From assembly GCF_006345805.1 (NCBI RefSeq), contig NC_043004.1, positions 45,880,001-45,944,000 of the forward strand: a DNA stretch of 64,000 nt, written 5' to 3'. Below the pieces are notes generated by a model. That model was given only the letters and a program-made list of their open reading frames with translations. It was not told the origin of the DNA and did not search any database. How positions within the stretch are numbered: the first letter of the stretch is position 1; every line of letters starts with the position of its first letter. Made by a program: the position numbers and the translations under genes. Of the stretch, positions 1-13,250 are shown one piece after another. The stretch is from Octopus sinensis. Its lineage: Eukaryota.

Positions 1-53
1 CTGCCCAGGTGTGCAAGTATATGCATGAGAAGACATCTCTCTCTCTCTCTCTT

Positions 54-88
<35 letters not shown>

Positions 89-609
89 TGAAACTTACAG
101 AAAAACAAAAGACAAAGAGAAGTGTATAAACAACAAGCAGGTGTATTAGTTTGACGCTACAAACACATATTTATATGTATGTATAGTTTTGTTTTATATA
201 CGTGTATGCATATATTAAGTATATTTTTACATACCTATCTTTTACCTTTTTTAAGTATGAGTGTATGAGCTGCTCCATGTCTGACACGGGATAGCTTACC
301 TCATAGGGGGCAGGTAGTACCTCTTTTACCTCGGTTGGTAATCTAACTAGGAGAAGGAAATCTCCAAAATAAAACCCAGGGCTTTCGAATTTCCTGGTTT
401 TATCAAATTCATGTCACACTAGCGAATGTCTTCTTGAGCCAATAGATTTAGATAGTGCACCTATTGAAAATTATTCATCTGCACAGGTACTTCTTGTACA
501 TTGAATCTAAATAAAATCATTGAATTGGTTGGCAGAAACCTAAAAATACACTTTCAACTTACTCTGAAAGTGTGGTAAAACAATCATCAAGAAAAAAAGA
601 AAAAAAAAT

Positions 610-3044
610 CCTTTGAATTTTGGCTGTTGGTATGTGCGCTCACTTCTAGATGATAATTTCAACTAGAAAGTCATACTGGCACGTGAACTTAAAAAGTATT
701 CCTCTGATATAGTTGCGCTCTCTGAAACTCGTCTGTCTGAGAAGGGTCAAATAAATTAACCTACTTATGGATATACTATCTTCTGGAGAGGCCTACCTGA
801 GCGTAGAGACTCTGGTGTTGGGTTTGCTCTCAAGACTTCATTAGTATCCGCCATTGCAGAATTTCTAAGTGGTATTTCTGAACGAACCATGTCATGCCAT
901 ATAAAACAGACAAAAGGTAGGTTTCTTAACAATGTCTCGCTCTGACGAAACTGTAGGACACTTTTATGACGATCTAGTGCAATTATTGAGTTAAGTACCA
1001 ATTTCAGACAAGCTGGTCATATTGGGTGATTTCAACGCGAGTGTTGGAAATGACTCAGTGGGATTTTAATTGCGTACGTCAAGTGACTGGTTTTGAGACG
1101 AATCACCAATAATTCATAATCTACTTTTAGAAAAACAAAATTTAGGTAATACAATTCTTTCTCAGTCCTTGAACCTCAATTCAAACGAAGCCTACAGAAA
1201 GCTGAAAGGGAAAGTGCAGTCAGTTCTAAAGAAAATTAAAAAAGGAATGGTGTAATAACAGCAGAAGGGGGTGCAAGAAGCAGCTGGTAGAAATGATGGC
1301 AAGTGTTAGTACTCTTATGTTAAGGAGGTATACAGTGCAAAATCTTCTTCAATAGCTCCAGTGAGAACAGCAAATGGAGATTTGCTTTTGACTGACATCG
1401 CCCCTATTCATAAGCGCTGAGTAGAATATTTTTCTGCACTTTTGAATTGACCACTGAATAGTCTCAATGCAGTTTTCAATCCTCCAGGGATACAATTGAC
1501 TGTACAATGTCAGGAAAAGTGCGTTGAACATTGCCATTGGTTTGTTAATTTAAGCAAAGCATTAGATACTGTTAACTGAAATGCTCTGTGGTTAATTTTA
1601 AAGAAAATAGGTTGCCCAGAAAAATTTGTAAACATGCTCAGGGCTTAGTATCAAGATATGAAGGCTACACTTAATTTTGGTTGTAGGCTCTCTAAATCTT
1701 TTGACGTGGAAAATGGAGTAAAGCAAAGAAACCTTGATGCACCCACTCCGTTTGCAATATACTTTGCTGTTGTACTGGTACACGCTTTTCAAAACTCCGA
1801 GAGGGGTATTTACGTAAAATATCTAACAAACAGGAATGTTTCTAATCTGGCCAGAATGAAATTCAAAACAAATATTTTCATTTCACTGATTAGGGAACTA
1901 TCATACGCTGACGATTGCGATCTCGTCAGTCACCCTAAAACGGGCCTGCAATCACTTGTATCTGCATTTTACTCAGTTGACCATCAACTTGAAAAAAAAA
2001 CAGTTCTAATGTATCAACCTTCATGTGGTGCTGATTGAAACCCTTGTAAAATTTTCTTTAAGGGTTGGTTACGTGACGTTGTTGACTCTTTCATTTACAT
2101 TGGAAGCTTTGTACAAAATAATAGAAAATTGGATGCAGAAATACTTTTGCGAATTCAAAGAGTAGCTGAAGCATTTGGTGGCCTGGAGTCACGCGTTTGG
2201 TGCCACCGACATAAATAACAACACAATATTAGCTCTTTACAAATCATGTTCTTACTATCCTTGTATTCTCCTGACATTTCAATTTTTTAGAACGATTCCA
2301 ACAAAAATGTCTTCAACACATTTTAAACATTGAATAAAGCTTTTTTTTTACGCCAGCCTCAGATGTCTTTGCGTTTGCAGGCATCACTTTAATTAAATCA
2401 ATGGTGCTGAAAAACCAAATGAGAAAATGACGCCATCTTTTTCGAATGGTGGATGAACGCATACCCAAACAGATGTTTTATGGCGATCTTGCAGGCGAGA
2501 AACGCAATCGGTGTAAACTTTAAAAAAGTTTTAAGGACAGGATAAGGACCACCATGAAGTCATTTGGAATGGATCCAAAGGCCATAGAATCCTTTGCTTC
2601 GAATCGAGCTGGTTGGCGAACAAAGGTGTAGAGTAGAGTTAAAACCCTTGAGGAGACCAGGTTGACACATGCAAGACTCACGAAAGGATTTAAAGAAGAA
2701 TGTTGCGATTGAGAAGGTGAATCGCAGTGACCTTTTTGTGTGTACAGTTTGTGACAAAACAAGCCCCTCAATTCCTGGGCTCAAATCTCATTTTCGGACC
2801 CATGAAGAACGAATCTCCACCAACTTTTCTGCCTATAGATTTGTGTACACCTTTCAACGCCATGTATACTATGAGGTATGCAACTCTAACGGAGGCCTCA
2901 AGTAACATTTTAAGACCCCAAAGATCAGAACTTAACTGCAGTCCTGGTGGTCCAAATCGGACATGCAATCTATGTGGGTGTCTTTTCAATACATTGTCTA
3001 CTTTAAAAACCCACATCATATACCATGGTGGATCTAAAGTGTAG
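610..3044 (+). mobile_element. Degraded, internally deleted RTE (BovB-like) LINE: APE endonuclease, RT and C-terminal C2H2 zinc fingers
   Basis: Manual translation across stops and frameshifts gives WYVRSLLDD, ELKKYSSDIVALSETRL and GYTIFWRG...SGVGFA (APE N-terminus). It also gives LSKALDTV...LWLILKKIGCPEKF (~1550-1630), LIRELSYADD (ORF 1658-2038) and CTVCDKTSPSIPGLKSHFRTH. The span is too short for a full RTE ORF, implying deletions. Confidence 0.85.
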
Positions 3045-3560
3045 GTACAGGAGTTGGTCAGCCTCTGCATAGGGAGTAGAAAACCACCATATACCTATGT
3101 GTGGGGGGTGTAGGTGTGTGCGTGGGGGGTGTAGGTGTGTGTATGTGGGGGGTGTAGGTATGTGTGTGGGGGGTAGGTGTGTGTGTGTATATATACGGAT
3201 ATATATATATATGTACATATCTGTATATATATATGTGAATATATTAACACAAATATATGATTATTTTTCTTTCAAAAATTACCGCTAACAGTAACTCCAA
3301 AGTGTCATCGGTTTGCCCTTCATCGGACAAACCGATGGAAGACCGAGAAGAACGGATCTTCAGAGTCACTATTAATAGTGTAAAAGGATAGCAAATATAT
3401 ACTCTACAAAATGGTCTGAGTAATCCTTCAATTTAATATAAAAATGTTATCTTGACTCAACTTAAATACACGTATTTAAGCAGTACAGGGTTCGATTTTC
3501 AGTACGAGCATACTAGCCACTTTTCTCTATCTTCTAATAATATTCATCCATAAGCTGTTG

Positions 3561-3608
<48 letters not shown>

Positions 3609-4322
3609 ATATATGTACATATGTACTTATTCATACATGCATCTATATACATGTATCTATGTTTATACGTACATATATTCACACATGCATGCATACACAT
3701 ATACATTTAGAAAACACCCACACTTAAAAGCGCGCACACACACACACACACGTGCGCACATACAGGTATAGACACACGTAAATATATGTATGTATATATA
3801 AGCCTTTACTTACAAGGAGATAGGGAATCCACACATGGATTTAACTTGTCAGTATTAAAATTCTCCTCTACTCACAAGTACCTTTAGATTATATCCTCCG
3901 CAAATCAAGGAATACGCAGCAAAAATTGTATAAAATACAAAAAAAAAACACTTGTCAAAATCTGATATATTAGTAGTTTAGTTGCTGATGCTGCAAAAAA
4001 GTTGCAGATATCTACAAAGGAGATATAATTAATACAACAGGCGCCACGCCTTCTGATAATAAACAAATCTCGTGTGATGTTAACTGCATGTTTCAACTAC
4101 ACCGTAGAAAAGCGCATGTGTTATCGAAACACCCTGAATTACAATACAACGTGCATTATACTCAATTATAAATTGGATTCTTTTATATGTATATATGTAT
4201 ATATACATATACATGTATATATGAAAAAGAAAAAATTTAATAACAAAGCGTTAAGGTTTTGAGCAGAGAAAGGAACACGTCTGCAAACTTCGAGCAGAAA
4301 TTTGAGGTAAGCAAAGAGAGTT

Positions 4323-4460
4323 AGAAATAAGAATCATACTTCCCAACCACATGACTCTGGGTTCGTTCCTACCGCGTGTCACCTTCGGTGACTGTGTTCT
4401 ATAGCCTCGAGCAGACCAAAGCTTTTTGAGTAGATTTGTTATACGAAAACTGAAAGATCA
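4323..4460 (+). mobile_element. Degenerate partial SINE (family A)
   Basis: caaccacatg...gggttc...tatagcctcgagcagaccaaagc...gagtagattt...aaactgaaaga aligns by eye to the full copy at 27179-27590. Confidence 0.65.
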
Positions 4461-5314
4461 CCGATACATATATACGTATACACACACACACACAAGCGCG
4501 CACACACACACACAAGCGCGCGCACACACACACAAGCGCGCGCACACACACACACACACATATATATCCTTTTCCAACCCGTATCTTACACTCTCTTTCT
4601 CCATTCTTACCCTCTCTTGCGCCCCCGATTGCCACATTGCACATTTCCTCTCTCTCATTCTGCTCTTTCGTTTTCTCTCCCTCTATCGTTTCCCATTGCT
4701 TTCTACCTCTGATCCTTCATTCTCTCTCTCTCTCTCTCTGTTATCTCCTTTTTCTTTCTCTCAATACTTCTTTTTCCATACCATGTGACCAGCGCTCGAT
4801 AAAAATGGTGTCGTTCTTTTCCGCCCTACCTTTGAGACACTGGTCACACTGGCTTCGGCCCCTGTACGTCCGTTCTGTCTTTTAGGACCTTATTTCCTCT
4901 TTGTGCAATCCCACTTGGTTTGTTCGACAGCTGCAAGGCTCTTTCTGCTGTATTTGTGGTATATGTACAATAATAATAATAATTTTCCACATTTCTTTAT
5001 AGCCGTAAAGCGTCGTGTTGTTATACATGCATAATTCGTTGTACGTGGTATTTATATGTCTTGTTTGGTCCTGTCTTAGCACACATTCGCTAGCTTTTTC
5101 CCAGTAGCTCAATAAAGGTGCTGGCACCCGCAAAAGTGAGCAGGTTTAAATGTAATTGGCATGAAACTGTTATATTTTGCGTCTTCGATTGAAGAGGAAA
5201 ACTCAGCTGCGAACATGCCATATATCGTGTCGTTGTCCAATTTCCTGTCCAATTAGTTTTCGTCTACTCTGCTTTCGTCTAACTTTTCTCCTTGTATTCT
5301 TTCTGTTCAACGCT

Positions 5315-5316
<2 letters not shown>

Positions 5317-5398
<82 letters not shown>
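5317..5398. repeat. (TA)n microsatellite, ~41 units
   Basis: Direct read. It is representative of dozens of (TA)n, (CA)n and (TG)n tracts across the window. Confidence 0.98.
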
Positions 5399-5402
<4 letters not shown>

Positions 5403-6722
5403 TGCATTTCGGGGTTGGAGTAAATCTGAGTCGATATTTTAGGAGGTTAATTTAATTTTCCATGAGGTTACTTTCTGAAATATTAATTACTTTTATATCA
5501 GTCTTTTCTTAATTTCTTCTAATATTCCTTCTATTTCCTTAGGCTTCCCTTCCGATTCTCTTTTGGATTTATGCTTTTTTGAGAGACACTGTTATCATTG
5601 ATGATATTGTTATCATTATCGTAAGTTAAGGAGACGTAAAAACAACAGCATTGGTTGACAAGCGTTGGTGGGGTGTCAAACACAGACACAAACACACACA
5701 TATAAACTTATATACATATGCGACGTTCTTCTTTTAGTTTCTTTTGGTTAATTGACAAGGTTCCTTGTACATAACATTTCTGATTACTTAGATTAAGTTT
5801 AACTTTCATCAGTTTGATGTTATATTCTGTGACGATTTCTTGCTCTTGAAAGAATGCAGGATGAAAAATTGTAAAATAGATCAAGGCAGACATAACGACA
5901 TTTAGAAAGCGGTGCAATGTGGCTGTATGATTTAAATTATTGAGGTACCCCAACAGAGTCTCTCAAATTGAATATTTAAACAGTCTTAATCTTATGTTTG
6001 GTGAATATATATTTAGCGTCGCTGTGAAAATATCAGAATTTAAGTGTCTTCGTATATTTTTTGCTAACAAGTTTTAATTTGTATGAGATTTTCCATATCT
6101 AAAATACTTATAACAATATACCTATGTCAGAATAGCATCTTACATATACATTAGCTTAGTACTTGAAATATGTTCTTATGTATATATGGACACACTTATG
6201 TATGAATCATATAACAGCTGTAGGCGATATAAAATCTATAATATATTGATTTATGAATACAGATGTGAGTGAATGAAAATGTCAGTAAATGTGTAGCTGA
6301 CGTGTTGGTTTGAAATAATTCGATCGACATAGAGACACTGATAAGGATATACGTATGTAAATAGTAACTACAGTAGGTCTATCAATCAAAAGCTAAAGTA
6401 TTGAGACTGACATCTTCACACATTAATAAACATATACGGCTAAAGTAGGACTGATAAATCCGCTTGGCTTCCATTTGGAGTCGATGCAAAAATAAACTCT
6501 GAAACGAGCGTGAAACCAAGGCATGGTTTATAAAAAGACAAAGAAAAATACAATTCTTCGCAAACGTGTATTCTATGATCAATATTTTGCCGGTGACGTA
6601 AGGTGGTATTTGAACACAGTGACTGCAAGGTATACCTTTTAATAATGTACAGGTGCACCATCAATCTACGAATTGCTGCCTTTATTTATTAGCAACATGT
6701 AATATATATATATATATATATA

Positions 6723-7020
6723 GTGGAGGCGCAATGGCCCAGTGGTTAGGGCAGTCGTAGGATCGCGGTTTCGATTCCCAGACCGGGCGCTGTGAGTGTT
6801 TATTGAGCGAAAACACCTAAAAGCTCCACGAGGCTCCGACAGGGGGGGGGTGATCCCTACTGTTCTCTTTCACCACTCTTTCTCTCACTCTTTCGTCTGT
6901 TGGCCTGCTCGCTTAGCCAGCAGGGCGGCGTCATTTGAAGTCTAAAGCAATGCGAACGCATTGTGACCAGCGATGTGTAGCAACATCTGATGGTCTGGTC
7001 GGTCACGTGATCACGTGATA
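6723..7020 (+). mobile_element. tRNA-derived SINE (family B head and body)
   Basis: A-box-like TGGCCCAGTGG and B-box-like GTTTCGATTCC. The body aacaccta..agctccacg.ggctccg and ctctttc.ccac..ctttctctcactctttc is shared with 9061-9337 and 27915-28146. Confidence 0.85.
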
Positions 7021-7045
7021 TATATATGTATATGTACAGGTGATA

Positions 7046-7210
7046 TAATTGTAGGCGTGGTGGTTGTAGTATAAGATTGCTTCCCACCTATGCGGATCAG
7101 GTTTTAGTGCCACTACATGACTCCTTATGCGAACGTTTTCAGATATATCCCTGGGGTTCAAGTAAAGCCCTGTGGGTCTGAATGACGGAAACTGGAAAAA
7201 AGCCTGTCAT
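7046..7210 (+). mobile_element. Highly degenerate SINE (family A)
   Basis: Residual similarity ending in gacggaaactggaaaaaagcctgtc, compared with gacggaaactgaaagaagcctgtc in family A. Confidence 0.5.
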
Positions 7211-7888
7211 ATAGATATGAGGCTGCATGGACTGGTGGTTGTGGGTATTGCATTCATAGTTTCAAATCCTGGACCAAGTGGTGTTTTTTGTTGTCATGCT
7301 TCTGTGCTCGTCCGTTATCACTGCCTGGCAAACGATGTTGGTTAGTTTACATTCTCGTGATATAACAGTTCGTCAAAAATGGCCAATACAATCCGTACTG
7401 TTACCCAGCCTAGTCGCAGCCCAATCACTGATATAATTAATGTATATGCGTGTATGTGTGTATGTAGGTGTGTATGTGTGTATGTACGTGTGTATGTGTG
7501 TATGTGCGTGGGGGTATACACACACACACATATATCGTTTATAGTGGTATAAGTACGAGAACGTAAAACTTCTTTAAGCCTATTATATTTCCAAATAGGC
7601 TATAAAGCATCGCAAAAAATGCATTATGTCACTCCTATTCTTTTCATGCTGTTATATTTACAATTGATTTGATTAAGACTAAGTAGAATTAGTTCAACCG
7701 AAAGTACTGCGTCACTAGGAACAACCGCATAATTCGAAGAGACTTTTGAAGAACGGTGTGATATCAATGACCATTATATGATTTTAAACATTATTTTAGT
7801 TAATGTATAGTAAAATCTGTCTCGATATGCGGCCTTGTGACCGATATAGACACAAATATAATAGCCATTGAATGCAAAGTAGGGCGAA

Positions 7889-9337
7889 GTGGATGCACAT
7901 GGCGTAGTGGTTAGAGCACGCAGACTTATTGAAGAATCAAAAGCATTTAATCGCAATCTTGCAATGGTGTTTGTAGACTTTTCTAAAGCATTCGACTCTG
8001 TAGATAGGTACAAGATGTTTGAAATCCATAAGCTCTATGGGATACCAGACAAAATCATTTCTGCCATCAAGGTCCCCTACACAGCTACGTCTTCAACCAT
8101 CTTAACCCATGACGGAGAAACATCATCTTTCTCAATCAAAGCCGGAATACTGCAAGGAGACACACTCGCCCCATTTCTCTTCATCATTGTCGTTGACTAT
8201 GTGCTACGTATGTCAGTTGATACCATCTCTGGCAAGGGCTTTGAAATAAAACCAAGAAGAAGTTCCAGACACCTAGCTGAATACTTGACAGACACTGACT
8301 TAGCTGACGACATCGCTCTTATCAGTGATTCTCTTTCCAATGCCCAGTCTCTTTTACAATCTCTCGAACAAGCCTCAAATTGTGTAGGTCTTTACTTCAA
8401 TGAGACCAAGACTGAATATATAAACAAGTGCCTGTCCAACAGTGATTGCATCATCCATACTATCAACAATGCGCCCTCAAATATGGTTTCTGATTACAAA
8501 TATCTTGGGTCATACATATCATCATTTGAAAAATATTTTCTAACTAGAAAGGGTATGGCCTGGTCAGCCTGTAATGACATGCATAAGATCTGGTCATCAA
8601 ATCTAAGTAGAGATTTCAAACTTGAAATCTTCAAAGCCACAATCGAACCAATTCTATTATATGGCTCAGAAACCTGGACGTTATTAAAGAAGCTTGAGAG
8701 GCGGTTGGATGGAACCTACACTCGCCTCCTTATGAGAGCTCAAAATCTCTCGTGGAAGCGTCATCCAACCAAAATGCAAATATATGGGGAAACTACCACC
8801 TGTGTCATCTCTTGTGAAAGGTAGGAGAGTCCAGTTTGCTGGACATTGTTGTAGAGCTGGAAACGAGGCAATTTCTCTTCTTCTCCTCTGGAAGCCATCT
8901 ACTCGCGATACCAGAGGGCGCACACTTTCCTACCCTGATGTAATCTCCAGGGATACAGGCATCCAGCAACAGGACCTCCGTAATGCTATGATGGACCGTG
9001 AAGTCTGGCATAGCATAGTAAATTCCATTGTCTCGACCACGGTCGAACAATGATGATGATGAGCGGACTCACGGTCGAGGGATCGCGGATTCGAATCTCA
9101 GACGGGGCGATGTGTGTGTATATGAGTGAAACACCTAAGCTCCACGCGGCTCCGGCAGAAGATAATGGCGAACTTCTGCTGACTCTTTCGCCACAACTTT
9201 CTCTCACTCTTTCCTCCTGCATCTAGTAGCTCACCTGCGACGGACCGGCGTCCCGTCCAGGTGGGGAACCTATACGCCAAAGAAACCGGGAAACCGGCCC
9301 TTATGAGCCAGGTGTGGATCGAGAAGGAACAACATCA
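7889..9337 (+). mobile_element. SINE (family B) interrupted by an RTE LINE fragment
   Basis: 13-bp TSD aaagtagggcgaa at 7876-7888 and 9338-9350. The head ggcgtagtggttagagca (A box) resumes after the LINE as gcggactc...ggattcgaatctc (B box). Confidence 0.88.
7919..9060 (+). pseudogene. 5'-truncated RTE-clade LINE reverse transcriptase with (TGA)n tail
   Basis: ORF 7889-8824 contains FVDFSKAFDSV, GILQGDTLAPFLF, DTDLADD, YKYLGS and ILLYGSETW. It continues by frameshift in ORF 8784-9053 (AMMDREVW) and ends in tgatgatgatga. Confidence 0.93.
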
Positions 9338-9572
9338 AAAGTAGGGCGAAATGTGCCAAAACTCTAACGTTTCCTGTTAAGAAAAATGTAAATTTTCCGT
9401 CAGCATGTCAATAGCATTGTAAAATATATATTCTTGTCTCCTCTTTCTACTATCAGTTAGTGCTACGATGTCTTTGTTTACTTTCTCCAACTAAGAGACT
9501 AATCGCAATCAATTAAAAAGTTATGCCTACGTCTTTCTGTATGCGAACTCTTTACATTTTTATCAGTGTAAT

Positions 9573-9665
9573 GACACTGACTTTGCTGACGACATCGCTC
9601 TGATCAGTGATTCTCTTTCCAATGCCCAGTCTCTTTTACAATCTCTCGAAGAAGCCTCAAATTGT
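9573..9665 (+). mobile_element. Isolated 93-bp RT catalytic-motif fragment (DTDFADDIALISDSLSNAQSLLQSLEEASNC)
   Basis: Matches 8291-8383 with 3 substitutions. Confidence 0.9.
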
Positions 9666-11254
9666 TTGACGCTGACATACTTCTTGCAGTAAATTATACC
9701 GTATTACGTTATTCATATTGTACCCATCTCTCAGTTAAAACATTGATTTCTGTATATATTTTGGATTATTTTACATTCGATTTCATACAGTGTGGAAGCC
9801 ATTTTATCTTATTTACGTCACCAATTCACTTGCCGAAGCTAGAATATCACTGAATCTCATTCCCATATTCTATATTTCTGCTTTCTTTTGTCCGAAAATA
9901 TATTCAGTGTGTTGTATGTAACAAATTGTAGAGAAAATTATTTAACTAATATTACCATAAATAGCAATTCAGTTGAGTTGTTGAAACAACGTTTGTTTGA
10001 GGAATAGATATATCTCTACGTTTACAAGGTTATTATCGCTGAGAAAGAAATACCACACAGTAAACTCACGTTAACTTTAAATCCATAGATTCATACCAAT
10101 GTTGCTACAGTTATTGTCGATTGGCCTTATGTATTGGTTGATCAAGCAGAGCAGTTCAGTTTTCAGATTGTAGTTCAGATTTTTCTCTTGTAGGATTTAA
10201 ACTAGTCGTTAAGAAAGTGAAGAAGCTCTTTTCTTTACCATCACCCTTTAAACATGCAAATGTTTTATCGTGTGCCTAACGGATACGTTACACTCACAAG
10301 ATTTCTAAGACAGTTGTCTACGTTAAATTGTCTTTTTTATTCATTCAATTATATTCAGAGAATCATCACTCAAAGTCACCGCACTTTGATATTGTTTTTG
10401 TACCTAAGCACTTATATCCTCTGCGTCAGGATCATCCTGTTTTATACTGTCACAGTTTGTCTAGACAGCAGAGTGTAATTTGGTATAGATTTAAATACTA
10501 TAGTTCTCATAGCAATAGTTACTTTTGAATGCATATGTTTGCTACGTCGTTACTCAGATTGTTACAATATAACAACATCTAATAAGCCAAATCAAGTTAT
10601 CGAAACCCAACAGAGAAATTCACACTTTATGACATTAATACCACCTTCTATCTACTGCAAACGCAAATTATGATGATAGCCGTTGTCTATAGAACAGTAC
10701 ATTTTTATTATCAGAGGTTTTGAATTTAAGAAGCTAAGGAGATCTTCAAAGCCGAAACCACTATAAAGGAAAGGAATGGACGTTAGCAATTGCTGGATGA
10801 ATCATATCATAAATTTTCTGTAAGCATCACTAGCACCTCAAATGTGAAACACTTTAACGAATAAGAAAACAATTAAACACTACCGGTATTTTGTTTCAGT
10901 TCAAAGAAATTTTACTGACTTCAATGGTCCATTTATTCCACATTTACTGTCAGCTTACTAGCCGTTAACCATCATCGCACATTGATTAGCCGTAAATATA
11001 TAGTATTCTTTTGATAATATCCTTTTGAAATTTAAAATGTATTTCCTAAGAAATCGAAAAGTTTTATTCAGAAGAATTTCTGGTACACTTTGTTTTCTAC
11101 CTAAGTTGTTTGACGAGTGGTTTCTATATTCTGAGGAGCACCACAAAACGAGGAAAAACATGAATTTTGATTTCGCAAAGTGGTTTTAAACAACGGGGTT
11201 CACAACTAGCAATATACCTCATAGGCAGGTGATATTTATGTTTTTACCATTTTT

Positions 11255-11460
11255 CTTGTTTCAGTCATTTGACCGTCGCCATGCTGGGGCACACAACATT
11301 CAAGGGTTTTAGTGGAACTAATCGACCCCATGGCTTACATTTTTTAAAGCCTGTTATTTATTCTATCGGTTTTCCTTTGATGAACTGTTAAATTAGTTGG
11401 ATGTAAACACACCAACACCGGTTGTCAAGCGCCGGTGGCGGACAAACGTAGACACAAATA
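11255..11460 (-). mobile_element. SINE family A, 3' half
   Basis: Reverse complement of the family A tail (tttcagtcatttgac...gccatgctgg, ctattctatcgg, ccggttgtcaagcg). Confidence 0.7.
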
Positions 11461-12505
11461 CTCACACAGACTAACGCACACAGACACACGCGCACACACA
11501 TACACACATATCTATACACACTTATGTTTGTACGCATGTAAGTGTATATATGTATGCATGCATGTATGTATGTATGCATGCATGTATGTATGAATGTATG
11601 TATGTATGTATGCGTGTATGTATGTTCATATGTACAGAATACGAATATGCATACATACACATAATCGCACATTTATTTTTATCTAATAGCCACAGTCCTT
11701 CCATTTGTTATTACGTATAGTAGCACAATCGATGACAAAACTAAGTTTTCTAGGCGTAATGGAGTGACTTTCTAGGCGTGAATTTCGTCTTACACAGATG
11801 GATGAAATCACAAACCTGTTAAAAGAACAGAGAAGCTCAAGACAGCAGACAACCATCGAATCGTGCATAGGTGTAAGATTTACACACACGTACACAAATA
11901 CGATATGTGTGTGTGTGAGTGTGTGTTTATATGCATTCATATATACACACACATGTAGACGAATATTTACACGTCTATGTACATATTATCGAGACAAAGA
12001 TAAACATTTGAGACAAATAGCTTTTATCGTATCTGCCTTTCTTGTATTGTACAATTTGTTGTCAGTTTAACGGCATCAAATATTTCGAGTATGAAACACC
12101 TGCAGCACAAATATTTGTTATCATAAAATTTTATATCCAAATGCATTTTCCGTGTTTTGTATTATTCAGGATAAAGTCGAGATTGGGCTTCTTGGAGACA
12201 CTGGAAAACAGATTTTTGTTGCGATAGTCACGTTTTCAAAGTCGTATTCAATAATATATTGATACTCTTTATGTAACATTCTTGTACGACGAAGCATGGA
12301 AATTTTAAAATTGGCAGAATGAGTTGGAATAATCTGGTCGTTAGCCTACTTGTACTGTTGCAGTAATTTCCGTGTCAAATAAATAGATCCGCGGACGTAA
12401 CATACTTTGTATGATTCAATCTGCGCGGACGCCCGTAACAAATGAAGCCCTATATCAGATTTACTCTGATGAATCTAGAAGAAGCAGGTTTGTTATATTC
12501 TGGGT

Positions 12506-12814
12506 CAGTGATTCTCAACCGGGGCACATTAAGCCCTTGAGATCCCGTATGAGATTGTAGGAGGTCCACGCAACAAAATAGCAAATTGGGTATTCACAAG
12601 AGTATTTTAAGGGCCCCTGAAAAAAAATTTGCTTTAGATGTATGTATTGGTATGTATTACCAGAAATAGATACGTTTATTGTAACATTTTCTATATTTCA
12701 ACCTTCACAAGTTTCTATAAAACTAGTTTTTAAGCATCGAATGGCTATGGGGGTCCACTAGAATAAAATAATGATGAAAGGGGTCCATAGATAATAAAGG
12801 GTTGAGAATCCCTG
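12506..12814. mobile_element. Non-autonomous hAT (Charlie-like) MITE, ~309 bp
   Basis: TIRs CAGTGATTCTCAACC and GGTTGAGAATCCCTG (14/15 match). The 8-bp flanks ttctgggt and ctcaagat resemble a decayed NTCTAGAN target. Confidence 0.75.
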
Positions 12815-12942
12815 CTCAAGATGAAGCATCTTACAGGTGTTAAGGAATCTTTGTAATATAAATGACAAACACTCCGCTTAAACCCTGAGTACATCGGTTT
12901 TGATTTGCGTATATTTTTCTCCCTATCTATATATCTATTTAC

Positions 12943-13250
12943 GCGAGTGGCGTAATGGTTAGGGTATTCGGCTCACGATCGTTAGGTCGTGAGTTCAATT
13001 CCCGGCGACGCGTTGTGTCCTTGAACAAGATACTTTATTTCACGTTGCTTCAGTCCACTCAGTTGGCAAAAATGGGTAGTACTTGCATTTCAAAGAGATA
13101 GACTTATCACATTCTGCGTCATGCTGAATATCCCTGAGAACTACGTTATGTCTGCGGAGTTCTCAGCCACTTGCATTTAAATTCGAGGGGCAGGCAGTTC
13201 CGTTAATCGGATCAACTGGAAACCCCGTCGTCGTAACCGACGGAGTGTCG
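12943..13250 (+). mobile_element. tRNA-derived SINE (family C)
   Basis: Head tggcgtaatggttagg...gagttcaattccc. Central ttgtgtccttgaacaagatactttatttcacgttgc...cagtccactcag is shared with 47034-47372. Confidence 0.82.

Noticed and set aside
3305-3365. Two adjacent hairpins (catcggtttg/caaaccgatg; gaagaccg...cggatcttc) with CCGATGA and CTGAAGA on the minus strand
   Set aside because: No GAAA in the required position and no repeat context; function unsupported.
4250-5310. CpG-richer segment with a GAG|GTAAGC donor at 4307, a possible promoter or first exon
   Set aside because: Such motifs occur by chance in 64 kb, and no linked coding exon was found.
6723-6790. tRNA genes at SINE heads (also 12943, 27179, 34678, 47034)
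   Set aside because: A/B boxes are present, but there is no complete cloverleaf and each continues into a SINE body.
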